A stretch of 64,000 nucleotides of DNA from Cyanidioschyzon merolae (Eukaryota): assembly GCA_000091205.1 (NCBI GenBank), contig AP006501.2. One strand, 5' to 3'. A program made the translations under genes and the position numbers. Under the pieces are notes generated by a model. That model was not told the origin of the DNA. It ran no database searches and saw nothing but the letters and a program-made list of their open reading frames with translations. Positions 39,480 through 50,252 of this stretch are shown one piece after another; position 1 is the first letter of the stretch; every line of letters starts with the position of its first letter.

Positions 39480-40494
39480 TGCCCGTGTACGCATCCGCTT
39501 CGCTGGACCTGCTGCCTAGAAGGTAGCATGTGAGTTTGTTCGCCACTCATGAGCGCTGAGACTCGGTTAGCGGACCATCAGTTGCCAGTGCTACACTCAA
39601 AGTGATTGTCCGGCCTTCGCCTATCACGGTGATGCCCAGCTGCTGGTGTCCTTCAAGCAGCTCGCTGCGCTCCTGCTTCCAGCGCGGGCACTGTAAGCCT
39701 AACTATGTCAGCGTGTCGGGGATCTCGTTTCCACAGCAGGGACAGTGTGATTCCCAGAGTGATTCCAGTGTTCCTATGCGGCTTAGAGCCGGTGCTGCTA
39801 GTCAGAAGCCACCAACGCGGATTTTCGCGAGCCACTGAGTACCTCGAGCAAGTCCCGGGAATTCCAGCGCCTCCCACCAGTACTTGCATGTGTATGCGAG
39901 GTTGTAGTTCCGGTATAGAGTCAAGCCAGCGTCTCGACGCTTGCGCTTATCCGCGTCTGCTGTAGACCACGGATGCGATTTCTGGACACAAAATTATGGC
40001 TTGGAGGCAAGTGCTCTAGCTTTGGACATGGCTATGTACGCACAGACGCCGCCCCTTGTCATGAATTGCAGGATTCTTTGTGTTCCGGGTAAGCGCGATC
40101 CTCACCATAACGTACCGGTCACTCCACTCCCGGGTTCAGCGGTATCTGCAATGACGCGGATACCGGGACAGCACGCTGCACAACAATGCGACGCATCGCT
40201 GTTGGTATCTGTCGACAGCCAGTGCTGCGCATGCACTACTTGTATGAGCGCTCGCAAAATGAAAGCCACCCCCTGCGTCAGCCGGATACGGCCACGGGAT
40301 GTACTGTTTAGGAAAAGAGGTCGTTCGTATCCGGTTATGGTTCTCCATCCGATCTGGGTCGCGATCGCAGCTTCCAGAATTCCGCGCCCTACAAAGCTAT
40401 GATGTCCTGGAATCGCTGGAATGAATTTCGTCAATTGGCTCCACAGCACAAAACCAATCGTTTTTTTCAGCATCCCGCAGCACGATCGAACCAT
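39480..40494 (-). pseudogene. TnpB/Fanzor-like nuclease relic R5
   Basis: The minus sense reads 'SHCPCCGN', then a 1-nt frameshift, then 'WKRDPRHADIVRL' (39695-39733). This compares with the TnpB pattern 'CPxCG...RDxNAAxNIxR'. An upstream 'STDTNSDASHCCAACCPG' lies at about 40185. It is collinear with R4. Confidence 0.5.
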
Positions 40495-40552
40495 TCGAAG
40501 ATACCGTACAGATACACCTGTCTGGTGCCGAACGTGTCCGAGACGTTACGCC

Positions 40553-41284
40553 TCAGACCAGTGCGTAGAGTACTGTGAGGTTTTCGAGTGCGGCCCTCAT
40601 GCCTGGCGGGATCGACTCATGATGCGAGACGTCAGAATACGTCCATACCGAACTCAGCACTGACAGCGTGATCAGCAGCGCGACCCAGAAGCGCCAATCA
40701 CGAGAAACCTCTCTCCAGGTAGGTGTTCTCGCTCTAAACTGCGACCATAGTTGGCGCACTCGGGCAGAGCTGCGTGTCCAGACGGTTGGCGCCGGCCGTT
40801 CCCGGGGCAGCTGGCTCCAGTCGATTTTTCCCTCACTCACGAACGCCTTCCATTCTTCGTTCCAGTCGATCAAGCTTTTTGGTACTTGATGTTGTGGATT
40901 GCGCTGTGGTATGCTTCCGCCGGTATTGCCGGTTTTATCGGCAGGCGCACCGCCTGCGTTCGAGTTGTCCTCGGACTCGTGCCGCGCTCTATCCGGCTGT
41001 CCAGCCAGGCACGTGAGCAGTCGTCTTCGTTCTTGCACACCGTGACAGGCGACTCTGCGGGGCAACGCAAAGCGTGCTCCAGACGTTGAGCGAGTAGCGC
41101 TGCGGTTGCGGGCCCGCTGCGCCAGCGCAGGCGCTGGTGGTGAAGGGCGCGCGACCAGGAACCGCACGCTCGAGCTCGCTCCCGTCGTAAACGCAACCGA
41201 GCGCTCCGGGTTCCGCGAACACTCCTGCCCAAACGTTACCTCTTGACCCTGAGTACTCATCCGCCGAAACGTGTGCAACTTCAT
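40553..41284 (-). CDS. Hypothetical protein with a single C-terminal TM segment
   Basis: ATG ORF of 243 aa. It has a basic N-terminus, the segment 'DWNEEWKAFVSEGKIDWSQLPRE' and then the TM segment 'FWVALLITLSVLSSVW'. No family was recognised. Confidence 0.45.
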   Translation of the reverse strand: MKLHTFRRMSTQGQEVTFGQECSRNPERSVAFTTGASSSVRFLVARPSPPAPALAQRARNRSATRSTSGARFALPRRVACHGVQERRRLLTCLAGQPDRARHESEDNSNAGGAPADKTGNTGGSIPQRNPQHQVPKSLIDWNEEWKAFVSEGKIDWSQLPRERPAPTVWTRSSARVRQLWSQFRARTPTWREVSRDWRFWVALLITLSVLSSVWTYSDVSHHESIPPGMRAALENLTVLYALV

Positions 41285-41739
41285 CGATAAGCAGTTGCTG
41301 CGTGCGATCGCTGCAACGCTACACCAACGTACAGAGGTGAACGTCTATCATAGAATCTGACGCTACACACCAGTGCAGAGACTGATGCGTCCCAGGCGTT
41401 CGCGCGTTCGATCTCGAAAACGATGACTGTTATGTGCTGTTATATCCGTAGATGTCCAGCCAAAATTTTTTCAACTCGAGACTGCTCCACCCATTCTGTG
41501 GTGGATGGCAGGCGATCGACTCCACAATGCAATGTATCGTACAGATCATAGACGAAATCTCTCTAGGATGTATTCTGTGCGAAACTGTGCAAGGAGGACT
41601 GTATTTCTTGTTCAGGTGAGTCATATCATAGTGCTTAGATGGTTGAGGATTACTGAAAGGCACATGTAGATGCGCTTTGCGCAAAAAATATTATGAAAGA
41701 CTGCTCATCGTCAATGATAGAAAACGAACCGTTGATCAG

Positions 41740-42840
41740 CATATGGAAAGTAAAACCAACGATCGTAGACACAGCAAGTGTCTCTGTTTCTCAACAGCTT
41801 GTTCACGTGGTACTCAAAACACTGGGGTACAGTCACAACAAAGTCCGCGTTCACGCACGACTCTCTTCCACAGAAATCGCAGCGACAGCGTTCCTGAAAC
41901 GTCGCGATCGCTATGATACAGAGAAACGTCGGTTATTTTTTTCAGTGTATGAGACTTGCTTCAGAGGATACGGTCGGAACGTCCATGGGTATTTGCAGAG
42001 AGGGAGCCCGTTGTGTCTATGACCGAACTCGAAGAGATACAGGTTATCATCTTCTATTCTAGCAGCAGTGGATCCATTTGGTGGCCTCAGTTTCGCTTGT
42101 AAAGAAGTCTCGTAGAACAGCAGCAATGCTGTCGACTCGTTAAAGACTTTTCCCCGGACCTCTGGCGACGTTCTTCTACTGTACAACGTAGAATTTCAGC
42201 ATTCACTTTGCGTTTGGGCTTTTCCGGATTCTATCGGGGTGCAGCTGCTTTTCACTCTTCCGTCCTCTCCGAGATTCAACGCTATAAAGAGGAGTGGTTT
42301 CTATGGTGAAACGCGTTGATCGGTCCATTGTACGAATCGCCGAGGCGTTCAGGACACGGTGACGCCAGGGCACATTTTGTCTGTCTGCCGCGAGTGCCTC
42401 TCCCGCTGCGAAATTCCTCACCCGAGTGCTTAAAGAGGTGCATTCATTTTCAAAAATAAAAATCCAAGAGAAGGCTATACACATGCAAACTGGGTATTCA
42501 GGAGTGCCATCATCACTGGATTTGACGAAGAAAACAGTAAACAAGGCCAATCCCAGAGGAACAGGAGAAGACCAAGAAGCACAAGCCGGAGGCCTGACGT
42601 CAATGGCCGCAAGAAGGACCACAGTACAACGAGATCGTAGTGAAAACCTGTCTTTTCGGGTATTTCGAGGATCCGTGCAAACAAAAGTTGCGAAATGGCC
42701 ATCAGAAACCGTGTCGAGTCGTGCGCCATGAGTTTTATGGACGCCTCTTCAGGCCGAATGCATTTGGTTAAGGTCATGCAACGCGACGTGACGGGCATCA
42801 AAATGGGCGAGGTTCCAGTGGAGTCTCTCGACCAGATCTT
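41740..42840 (+). pseudogene. TnpB/Fanzor-like nuclease relic R6 (heavily decayed)
   Basis: It has an N-terminal 'IVDTASVSVS' (41762-41791). Its C-terminal part is collinear with R1, with anchors 42440/22747, 42506/22814 and 42524/22832. The RuvC-III position has decayed to 'NRVESCAMSFMDASSG' (42707-42754). Confidence 0.35.
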
Positions 42841-43344
42841 CATTCGCCACTTGATGTTTCGCACAGGGCAAACGTCGAGGAGAAATGAACGAGTGCATGC
42901 CATTCACGAAAATGACGCCGAATATCGCTTCGACGGTGCTCGACACAAGCTTGACTCGTGTATTTAAGAATACGGGGCGATCAAGTACCTCATGAACCCG
43001 AAGAACCATTTGACTATGACCCTTGAACGCATCATCATACGCTTCATGTTTGCACTCTACCCGGGCCACTCTCGCATCGGGACATGGGCCATCATCATCG
43101 GCATTACGAACGATCGCCAGCATGAACGGGAGATCGAATTCATCGACAAGAAGACACCGCGCAGGAGAAAGAATGAGGACTCTGTGATCTGTGCCGCTAT
43201 TCAAGAGCACCGTGCGGTCTTGGGGCTGGTCAATCCAGCAGAATAGGTATCCGATATGAAAAAGAAAGATGTTATCCTCTCATCCTGCGTTATTTCGTGT
43301 TTCTGAGTCGAGAACTCGAATGCAAAGCCGAAATATAGCAGAGT

Positions 43345-44250
43345 GTGGGAAAAATAGTGACGGGGAAACGGAAGGCTGCGCTTCTGGGGAAACGCTTCAA
43401 CGTGGTTCCAATGTGCAACATCAAGTCACATATCGTGACTATCTACTCCAGAGTCCTGCACGGCATCATGAGGCAGCTCTACCCGGAGTTCAATCGACGG
43501 AAGATAGAGCTCACCGGTGAAAACCGGGAGACTCATTGGAAGAGTATCTTCGATTGCAAACGTCTGAAAACGAGCAAGAAAAAGGTATTCGCGGGCAGGA
43601 TCGAGACCGATGGGGTCTCCATACGTGTACACTACCAGCGGTTGAAGGCGGGTCGTCCTATTGTGTCCACGGCTTCGCCGTGGCGAACCATGAAGATGAG
43701 AAGGAGGTGGATCCTGCGACGCAGTGACCTATCCCTGGATAGGTCACTGCGTCACTATCAACCCGAAGCACAAACCGAACACGAATATCCATGCACACAG
43801 ACGTCGCCAACGTTGCATTCTAACAGCAAGCATCCGAAGCGCAACCTCTTCATCATCATCGTAACACCCCGCGGTGTCTCGATTCGACACAGACCAGGCG
43901 TCGTTTTCATACTGGCGGTTGAGCGCAGCGACAGAGGCTTTTATGTTGCGTGCGAGACGCACCGAGGCCCGCAGCACCCATCCCCAGGGCGTGTACTGCA
44001 AAGCGAACTGTAAACCGCGCTGCGAGGCATCCGATGCGAAGCACCCGAACACAGGCCCCCGGCACCTGAGCACCCTGGAATCCGCTCAAATATGTCCAGT
44101 TCGAATCGGTACCTCTGGGTGCGCTCGCACCGACACCATGTACCCGTTGGGCAGCAGGATCCCCGCAGACACTCGTTTACGACCAGTATCTACGATAAAC
44201 GCGCCATCGACGAAAAAAAGCAGTTTCAGAGATACAGTGTGTTCCGCTGT
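43345..44250 (+). pseudogene. TnpB/Fanzor-like nuclease relic R7 (N-terminal half best preserved)
   Basis: '[29 protein letters not shown]' (TDGVS at 43606-43620) is followed after a frameshift by '[12 protein letters not shown]' (Asp codon 43710-43712). A possible 'INAPSTKKSSF' lies at 44195-44227. Beyond 43760 the assignment is weak. Confidence 0.4.
43718..43753. repeat. Perfect 36-bp palindrome (17-bp arms, 2-nt centre)
   Basis: 'GACGCAGTGACCTATCC CT GGATAGGTCACTGCGTC', read directly from the sequence. It starts 6 nt after the RuvC-I-like Asp codon of R7. Confidence 0.95.
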
Positions 44251-44728
44251 TGAACGTTGCAGCGACAAGCAGGATGCACAGTGCGGAGATAGCGCGGATG
44301 CCTCGTCGTCATCGTCGTCGTCGCCGTCGCCGTTACCTGCCCTATGCAGACAACAACAAGCACCGTACAACATCGAGACTCGCACACACCAGCGAGCGGT
44401 GTGTCTTCTGGTTTCACACACCCATACGCGCGCTGTGCTGCACGGTCATCGCCTTCGCGCCGTTCGCCAGGGACCCCAGACAAGCCGCGGTTGCTGCGGG
44501 AGCGCTCCCGTGTCCGCTGCAGTGGGTCAGCGTCCGCCAATCGTCCCGCAAGCATCCGCTTTTGGCGGTTTTTTCGATGCTCCCCTGCTGTCCGTTTAAG
44601 CAGGGGCCTCCAATGCATCATCCATTCCACCCAGTTACACTCTTTTCGTGAAAACGAGGTGTTCTTCATTATACCTGCATCCAGGGCACGTGCAACGGCC
44701 GCTCGACACCTTGTAGCTACGCAGATAC

Positions 44729-46876
44729 CTATGACACAAACTGACGGCGATCTTGTTCGTCACGCTTCCCATGCGGGTTGCTCGCCCGAAATCGTTGCCC
44801 TGAAGCAAGCCGTTTCCGAATGAGGTCTTTCAGGCGATCGCGATTCTTCCACTCATCTCCAAATCCGCCACCGCCTCCGCGTCGTCGAATTTTCTTCGCT
44901 CTCTCGAGGACGTCGAGACAGATGCGCGGCGGTGCACTGAAGCCGAAGCTTTTCGCCACCGCCGCAATGTCGAGCTCGTGCACATTGAATACATCTTTCA
45001 TGGAGTGACTCGCATACGCTTGGAGGTAGGAACGGAATCCGTCCCGCGCAGATTTCTGAAGATAGTAATTGCCTTCAACTAATTTTTCCAGCTGGGTCTG
45101 AATATCAGCAAGTTTCTCTTTGGGAAACTCGTACTCGTTCAGAGGCACTTTGGCATCGCGCAGATGCTGCAGAAACCCGACTTCCGATGGCAACAGAAAG
45201 AGAATCGCCCGTCCGCGACCATGAACGCCTCGAGCGGTGCGCCCCACCCGGTGGATGTACTCTTTCGGCTCGTCCGGTGGGTCGTACTGCACAATCCAGT
45301 CGACGGCGGGAATATCGAGACCACGCGCAGCTACGTCCGTGCATAAGAGTGTGGCGTGCTCACGCCGAGCGAACTCGAAGAACGTCGATGTTCGCTTGCT
45401 CTGTTTCTGTTTCCCGTGCAGATCCAGAACAGGGACGTCTATATAGTTCAAAAGCTCGGCATAGAATTTCACTCCGTTGCAGGAAGACATGAAGACGATG
45501 ATCTTCTTGCGCTGATTGCGCTTCAAGAACGTGAACAGCAAGCGGAAACGCTGCTCGCTGGGCACAATCGTGAAGCCCTGCTGCAGGCCCTCAACGGTGG
45601 CAACAGGCTGTTCTGCGTCGATACCCAGATGAAGCGGTTTCTGCTGAAAACTTACTTTGGCCAGATCCTCCACTTTGGTTGTTTGAGTTGCGGAAAAGAG
45701 CATTGTCTGCCGGGTCTTTGGCAGTATTCGCAGAATTTCATGCATCTCCTCTTCAAATCCGATTTCCAAGCAGCGATCCGCTTCATCAATCACGAGAAAG
45801 CGAAGGTGCTCAAAAACAAAGCCCCGTGTGGACTGTAGATGGTCCAGCAAACGCCCAGGCGTCGCAACGAGAATATTTGTACCGTTGATGAGCTTTTCAG
45901 CTTCGGTTCGGCGGTTTGCACCACCCATGACGATCGCTCGGGTCTGGTGATGATGTGAAGCAAGATCGTGAAGCACCCCAAAGATCTGCATCGCCAGCTC
46001 GCGGGTAGGCGCGATGATGATCGCACCAGTGCCATTACGCGGCATCCACTTGGCCTTGTACAGCAATTCAACAATGGGGATCAGAAATGCGAGCGTCTTA
46101 CCGGAACCTGTTCGCGCAGAAGCGAGAATATCTCGACCAGACAGCGCTAGCGGGATCGCTCGCGCCTGAATCTCTGTCATCCTTGCGAAACCCATTTCCT
46201 CAATGCCTCGTAGCGTCGGCTCGGATAGCGGCAGTGAATCGAAACGATGAGGTGTCAGAAGGCCTGAACTCGGTTTCGGTTGCTCCTGTTCCGAGGCGTG
46301 CTCCGACGATAAGCTCTGTAACGCAGGAGACGACTTCTGTGTCACCTCTGGGCAGGGTCTGGCCAGAGGCTCCATCTCGTGCACTGTTGCTCGCGAGGAT
46401 GCAACCTCTTCATCTGCGGGCGTTCTTGCTGCAGCGTTCTGAAGCTCGGTTTCCATCACCGGAGCTGGCGTCCGCAACTCTGCACGTTGTAACTCACATA
46501 TCGAAACCCCCGCGTCTTCATTCGGGTTCCCAGCAGCTGCGTTGGTTGACGCGGAGGCCGACTTCACCGACTCGGAGCAGCGTTCGCGCTTGGCGTGCAA
46601 CTGATCGGTGAAAGTCGCAGCCTGCGTGCGCGTTCTGGATGAACCGTAAGCGCCAGCGTTCCTCGCGACGACTTGTGCCGCACCAGAAGCAGGCCTGCTC
46701 GCGGTGCTCGTCAAGCGCTCCGTCGCGCTAACAGAAGATACGTCAGCGTCGCGAGCGAGCAAGTCGCTGTGACAAGCACGAGGGCGCTCTCGCGCCGATC
46801 GCTTCCGGCTCGCGACTACGTCCGCCTGCTGCTTCCGTTTGCTGTTCTCGCTTGCGTGCCGGATCCGACTTTTCAT
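44729..46876 (-). CDS. HAS1: DEAD-box ATP-dependent RNA helicase, HAS1/DDX18 subfamily
   Basis: The track start at 46960 is GTG and the first ATG is at 46876. It aligns near-continuously with DDX18. Matching blocks include '[10 protein letters not shown]', '[14 protein letters not shown]', 'PTRELAMQ', 'VIDEADR', 'SAT', '[39 protein letters not shown]' and '[17 protein letters not shown]'. Confidence 0.9.
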   Translation of the reverse strand: MKSRIRHASENSKRKQQADVVASRKRSARERPRACHSDLLARDADVSSVSATERLTSTASRPASGAAQVVARNAGAYGSSRTRTQAATFTDQLHAKRERCSESVKSASASTNAAAGNPNEDAGVSICELQRAELRTPAPVMETELQNAAARTPADEEVASSRATVHEMEPLARPCPEVTQKSSPALQSLSSEHASEQEQPKPSSGLLTPHRFDSLPLSEPTLRGIEEMGFARMTEIQARAIPLALSGRDILASARTGSGKTLAFLIPIVELLYKAKWMPRNGTGAIIIAPTRELAMQIFGVLHDLASHHHQTRAIVMGGANRRTEAEKLINGTNILVATPGRLLDHLQSTRGFVFEHLRFLVIDEADRCLEIGFEEEMHEILRILPKTRQTMLFSATQTTKVEDLAKVSFQQKPLHLGIDAEQPVATVEGLQQGFTIVPSEQRFRLLFTFLKRNQRKKIIVFMSSCNGVKFYAELLNYIDVPVLDLHGKQKQSKRTSTFFEFARREHATLLCTDVAARGLDIPAVDWIVQYDPPDEPKEYIHRVGRTARGVHGRGRAILFLLPSEVGFLQHLRDAKVPLNEYEFPKEKLADIQTQLEKLVEGNYYLQKSARDGFRSYLQAYASHSMKDVFNVHELDIAAVAKSFGFSAPPRICLDVLERAKKIRRRGGGGGFGDEWKNRDRLKDLIRKRLASGQRFRASNPHGKRDEQDRRQFVS

Positions 46877-47240
46877 ACCTATAGAGGAGCGATCCTCCGG
46901 TTCGCTGCTGAGTTCTGTCGATAGATCCACAAAAGAGGTTGACTCCGAAGGCGCACACACTCCACACTACACCGCAAGCTCGCTACGAAACGTGCAGTAC
47001 CGTTGCCTTGGACAACAATGCTCGTATGCAACGAACAAAAGAACACCTGGATACCCACGACGCTGCTCGATCTCGTGAAATGAAACACGCCTTGTTGGCA
47101 CTTCGTGAACGTGTACCCCAGGAACTAGGCCTATCGCTCGACTTGTTGTACCAGGTGTGTAGACGCACTGCGCCAGCAGCAGCGGCAGCAGCAGTCGGCG
47201 CTCCTGGCAGATGATGCAGCGCGTCCGATCGTGGCATAAC

Positions 47241-47272
<32 letters not shown>
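47241..47272. repeat. (GCA)10 microsatellite
   Basis: Read directly from the sequence. A shorter interrupted (GCA/GCG) tract lies at about 47173-47195. It sits in the divergent spacer between the HAS1 and uL22 genes. Confidence 0.95.
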
Positions 47273-47273
<1 letters not shown>

Positions 47274-47395
47274 GTACAGGTCGTACTCGTGTTTGTACTA
47301 GTCGTGTGTTACCAGGGTAGGCCACACCCAAGACGCTGTGGGGTAGGTACACTTGCACTGCAGTTCGAGGTATGGTAAACAGGAGCTAGGTCACA

Positions 47396-48142
47396 ATGCT
47401 GGCGTGCTTTCGCTGTCTGGTATGGTTTCGAGTTTGTTCTGCGTCTGGCGTACTGCGGCGAACGCTGCGTCAGCGCTTTTGCGCAACAACGTCCGGTACG
47501 ATCGGCAGTAGTAGTAGTGCTGGTCAAGTGACAACGGAGCCAGCTGCGTCCACCAATGTCCAACGCTCTGGGTCTAGTCAAATCGAGGGAACGCAGCAGA
47601 CAGCTCCGCGAACTGCATCTGCAGTTGCGCGTCAAGTGAAGATATCCCATCGCAAACTGAACGTCGTCTGCAGCTTGGTCCGTCGACTCTCGGTATCCGA
47701 GGCGGAGCGACAGTTGGCGGTTTGTAGGAAGAAGGGTGCGCGAATCCTCCTCAAGCTGCTGCACCAGGCAATGGCGAACGCGCGGAACAACCACCAGATG
47801 GACCTGGCTCGCACGTTTGTCCGTGAGAGCTTCGTCGGCAAAGGGCAGTGTTTTAAGATTCTGCGGCCGTGGCACGGGAAAGGCCGATTTGCGTTTCACG
47901 AGAAAAAATACAGCCACGCGACCATCATTCTGGAGGAAGCTAATGCAGCGCAGGACTCTAGTCGATCAAGAGATACCCGGGATACAGGACGGGGATTCAG
48001 TTGGAGCGCTCACCGGAAGGCCGTCAAAGGAGAGCGTCCTCTGCCGCCGCTGCCTGCCGTATGGAATCTGACTGTAGATCCGTCAGGAATCTACCGAAAC
48101 ACGCATCGCGAGCCCGATGATACGAATCAATCCCGTGGATAG
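47396..48142 (+). CDS. Organellar (mitochondrial-type) ribosomal protein uL22
   Basis: ATG ORF of 248 aa. The uL22 core reads 'KISHRKLNVVCSLVRRLSVSEAERQL...KGARILLKLLHQAMANA...FVGKGQCFKILRPWHGKGRFAFHEKKYSHATIIL'. A presequence-like N-terminus is present. Confidence 0.8.
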   Translation: MLACFRCLVWFRVCSASGVLRRTLRQRFCATTSGTIGSSSSAGQVTTEPAASTNVQRSGSSQIEGTQQTAPRTASAVARQVKISHRKLNVVCSLVRRLSVSEAERQLAVCRKKGARILLKLLHQAMANARNNHQMDLARTFVRESFVGKGQCFKILRPWHGKGRFAFHEKKYSHATIILEEANAAQDSSRSRDTRDTGRGFSWSAHRKAVKGERPLPPLPAVWNLTVDPSGIYRNTHREPDDTNQSRG

Positions 48143-48403
48143 CGTCCGAGCTAGGCACAACTTGACGCGCACGGTACGGAACAGTGATTGCGTTCCAGGC
48201 TGCAATCAGATGAGGCTGCTCGTTTAGCCACACCTGGCGAAGAATTGGGTTGAGGTTGCTCTGCGGGATCTTTTAACGCTACTTTCAATCCGTGGGCTTC
48301 CTGTATCACGAAACATTACCGACCATCCGCGAAGCGCTGGTCGGCATCGTGTGTGCGAACGATGCGCGACACGCGTATGAGACGAAAATGGAACACTGAA
48401 TAG

Positions 48404-49675
48404 CTCGCTCTGTTCCTGCCTTTCAATTTTTTGGCTTTCTTAGATGTGCAGCAATAGGTGCTTATGGATGCATATCTAGTTTAAGGATGCTCGCTGCTCT
48501 ATTCGTAGTGGCGCCGTCCACTCGGTGGCGCTGGAATTCGTTACGTCACCGGAATCAAGATGATTCGCAACGCCTTTGAATGAGGGTTCGTAAAAGTACC
48601 GATATCTTTATACAATGCATACATATGAGACTCCGATACTCAACTTAACTCTCGAGTAGTGTGCTCAGATCGCGCATTCTGCGAGTTTTCGATCTATCTG
48701 TTTCAAGCAACTCGCGGGCGGGGGATTTCGTGCTGCTAGACGGAAGGGGAAATGTGCTCGAGGTTGTCCCTAGACAACATGTTGAAAAACTCCTTCTTAA
48801 GGTTCACTGAACTTGTCACATCAGAAAATCGATTTCATTCGAAAGAGAAAATGTCCTCCGGTCATAGGCCATGAGCGAGACGGCGTTCCATAGCAGCACT
48901 ACGTATATAACAGAATACGCTCGGAGAAGCCCACGGGTCTTCTGTTCTGTACGATAGGGGATGGTGGACTCGGACTTTAGCCACCACAACGATCGCTTGG
49001 AATGGAATGTGCGAAACTGCTATGCACGAGGGCGGCCTAGACGCATCCAAATTAGTCGTCTTGTTCTCTAGCCTGGATATTCCACCGGGTGCTTGTTTCA
49101 TCGAGAACAGCATCACTTGCTACAAATCCCTTATCAAATGGAACAGATTGCGCTTCATCATAGGGTACTAGACTGAATGCGGAAACCAAGCAGAGCATTC
49201 GCGGGTGCCTGCGGTGGTCTTCAAAGGCATCTGGCGAGCAATGAGGGACACGTTTCCGCGGCACGTTCGAGTTCTCGGAGGAGGACGAGGAGGAGGAGGA
49301 CGATGAGGAGGGCATGCGACGAAAACGCGGGAATATATGACAACACCCAGGTGTCATAGCTCTGAAGCGCGTCCCCGAGTTGTCCACAAAGGAGTTTGTA
49401 GATCGCAGCTTCCGCCTATGCATGACATGCGTTGACAACAGCCGGAAGCGACTTTATCGAGAATTTCACACTGTCATCAGCATCTTGCGACGGATGACTA
49501 CAGAGCTGGGGGTAAACGAGCGAGGGTCGTACTGAAAACCGGAAATGAGCGTGAGGAGATGAAGCCAGTGCGGGGAAAAAATCGCAAATGCTGATGCTGG
49601 TATCAGTGAGAAGAGACCCAGACTTTTACATACGCGCCCGTTTCAACAAAGCGGACCTTTTCATCTCTATACTGA
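48404..49675 (+). pseudogene. TnpB/Fanzor-like nuclease relic R8 (near full length)
   Basis: The motifs are 'VLLDGRGNVLEVV' (48730-48768, RuvC-I-like), 'RVPELSTKEF' (49368-49397) and 'RLCMTCVDNSRKRLYREFHTVISILRR' (LYRE... at 49452-49493). A frameshift separates the RuvC-I and C-terminal parts. An (GAG/GAC)n insertion lies at about 49270-49310. Confidence 0.5.
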
Positions 49676-50252
49676 CACAGGTTTAGATCCGCGCATATGA
49701 GGCCGCGGAGCAGGTTGCTGACTTTGTTGCTGACTCGTCCACGCTACGGCTTGTGGAGGCAGCATAAACGATCCGCTCTGCGAAACGATCCGCGACGCCA
49801 CCTGTGCGTCTCAGGCACCAAGTAGCAGGTTCACAACACGGTGCCGAGCCCGTGGGGCATCTGCGGCTTGCCACTCGGCCAATGTATGACGCCAACTGTA
49901 CGTTCAACGAGTGATGCCAAACGTATCCGACATCGGATGTCTGCGCACCGGTAGTTCTCTTTGATAGGGCAGCGCAACACGGGTCGCACCAGCGAGCGGA
50001 CGTTCATCCGGTGTACATATGCAAGTGCGCGAATGTGGAGGTTGCAGTTAGAGGCACGTTCATTTCACAAGCCACGGAGCTATGCGCACAGATGGTGTAA
50101 TTCTCCTGGTACAAAAGATACGGACCGGAACTGTCCGTAACATATCCTTCAGATGCATGCAATTACACGACAAACGAAGCGCCGTCATCCGTCGTGATTC
50201 ATCTTCATTCATGCACAAGGTCTTCGCGCTCTTTTCGCGCTTTCGTAGGCGC

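Noticed and set aside
43744-44421. A minus-strand reading of the region right of the palindrome as an inverted relic ('FIVDTGRKRVSAG' ... 'WSVSNRDTAGCY')
   Set aside because: The RuvC-I-like to RD-like distance would be only ~90 aa, against about 200-250 aa elsewhere. The plus-strand reading ('INAPSTKKSSF') fits the R7 spacing better. Neither reading is strong.
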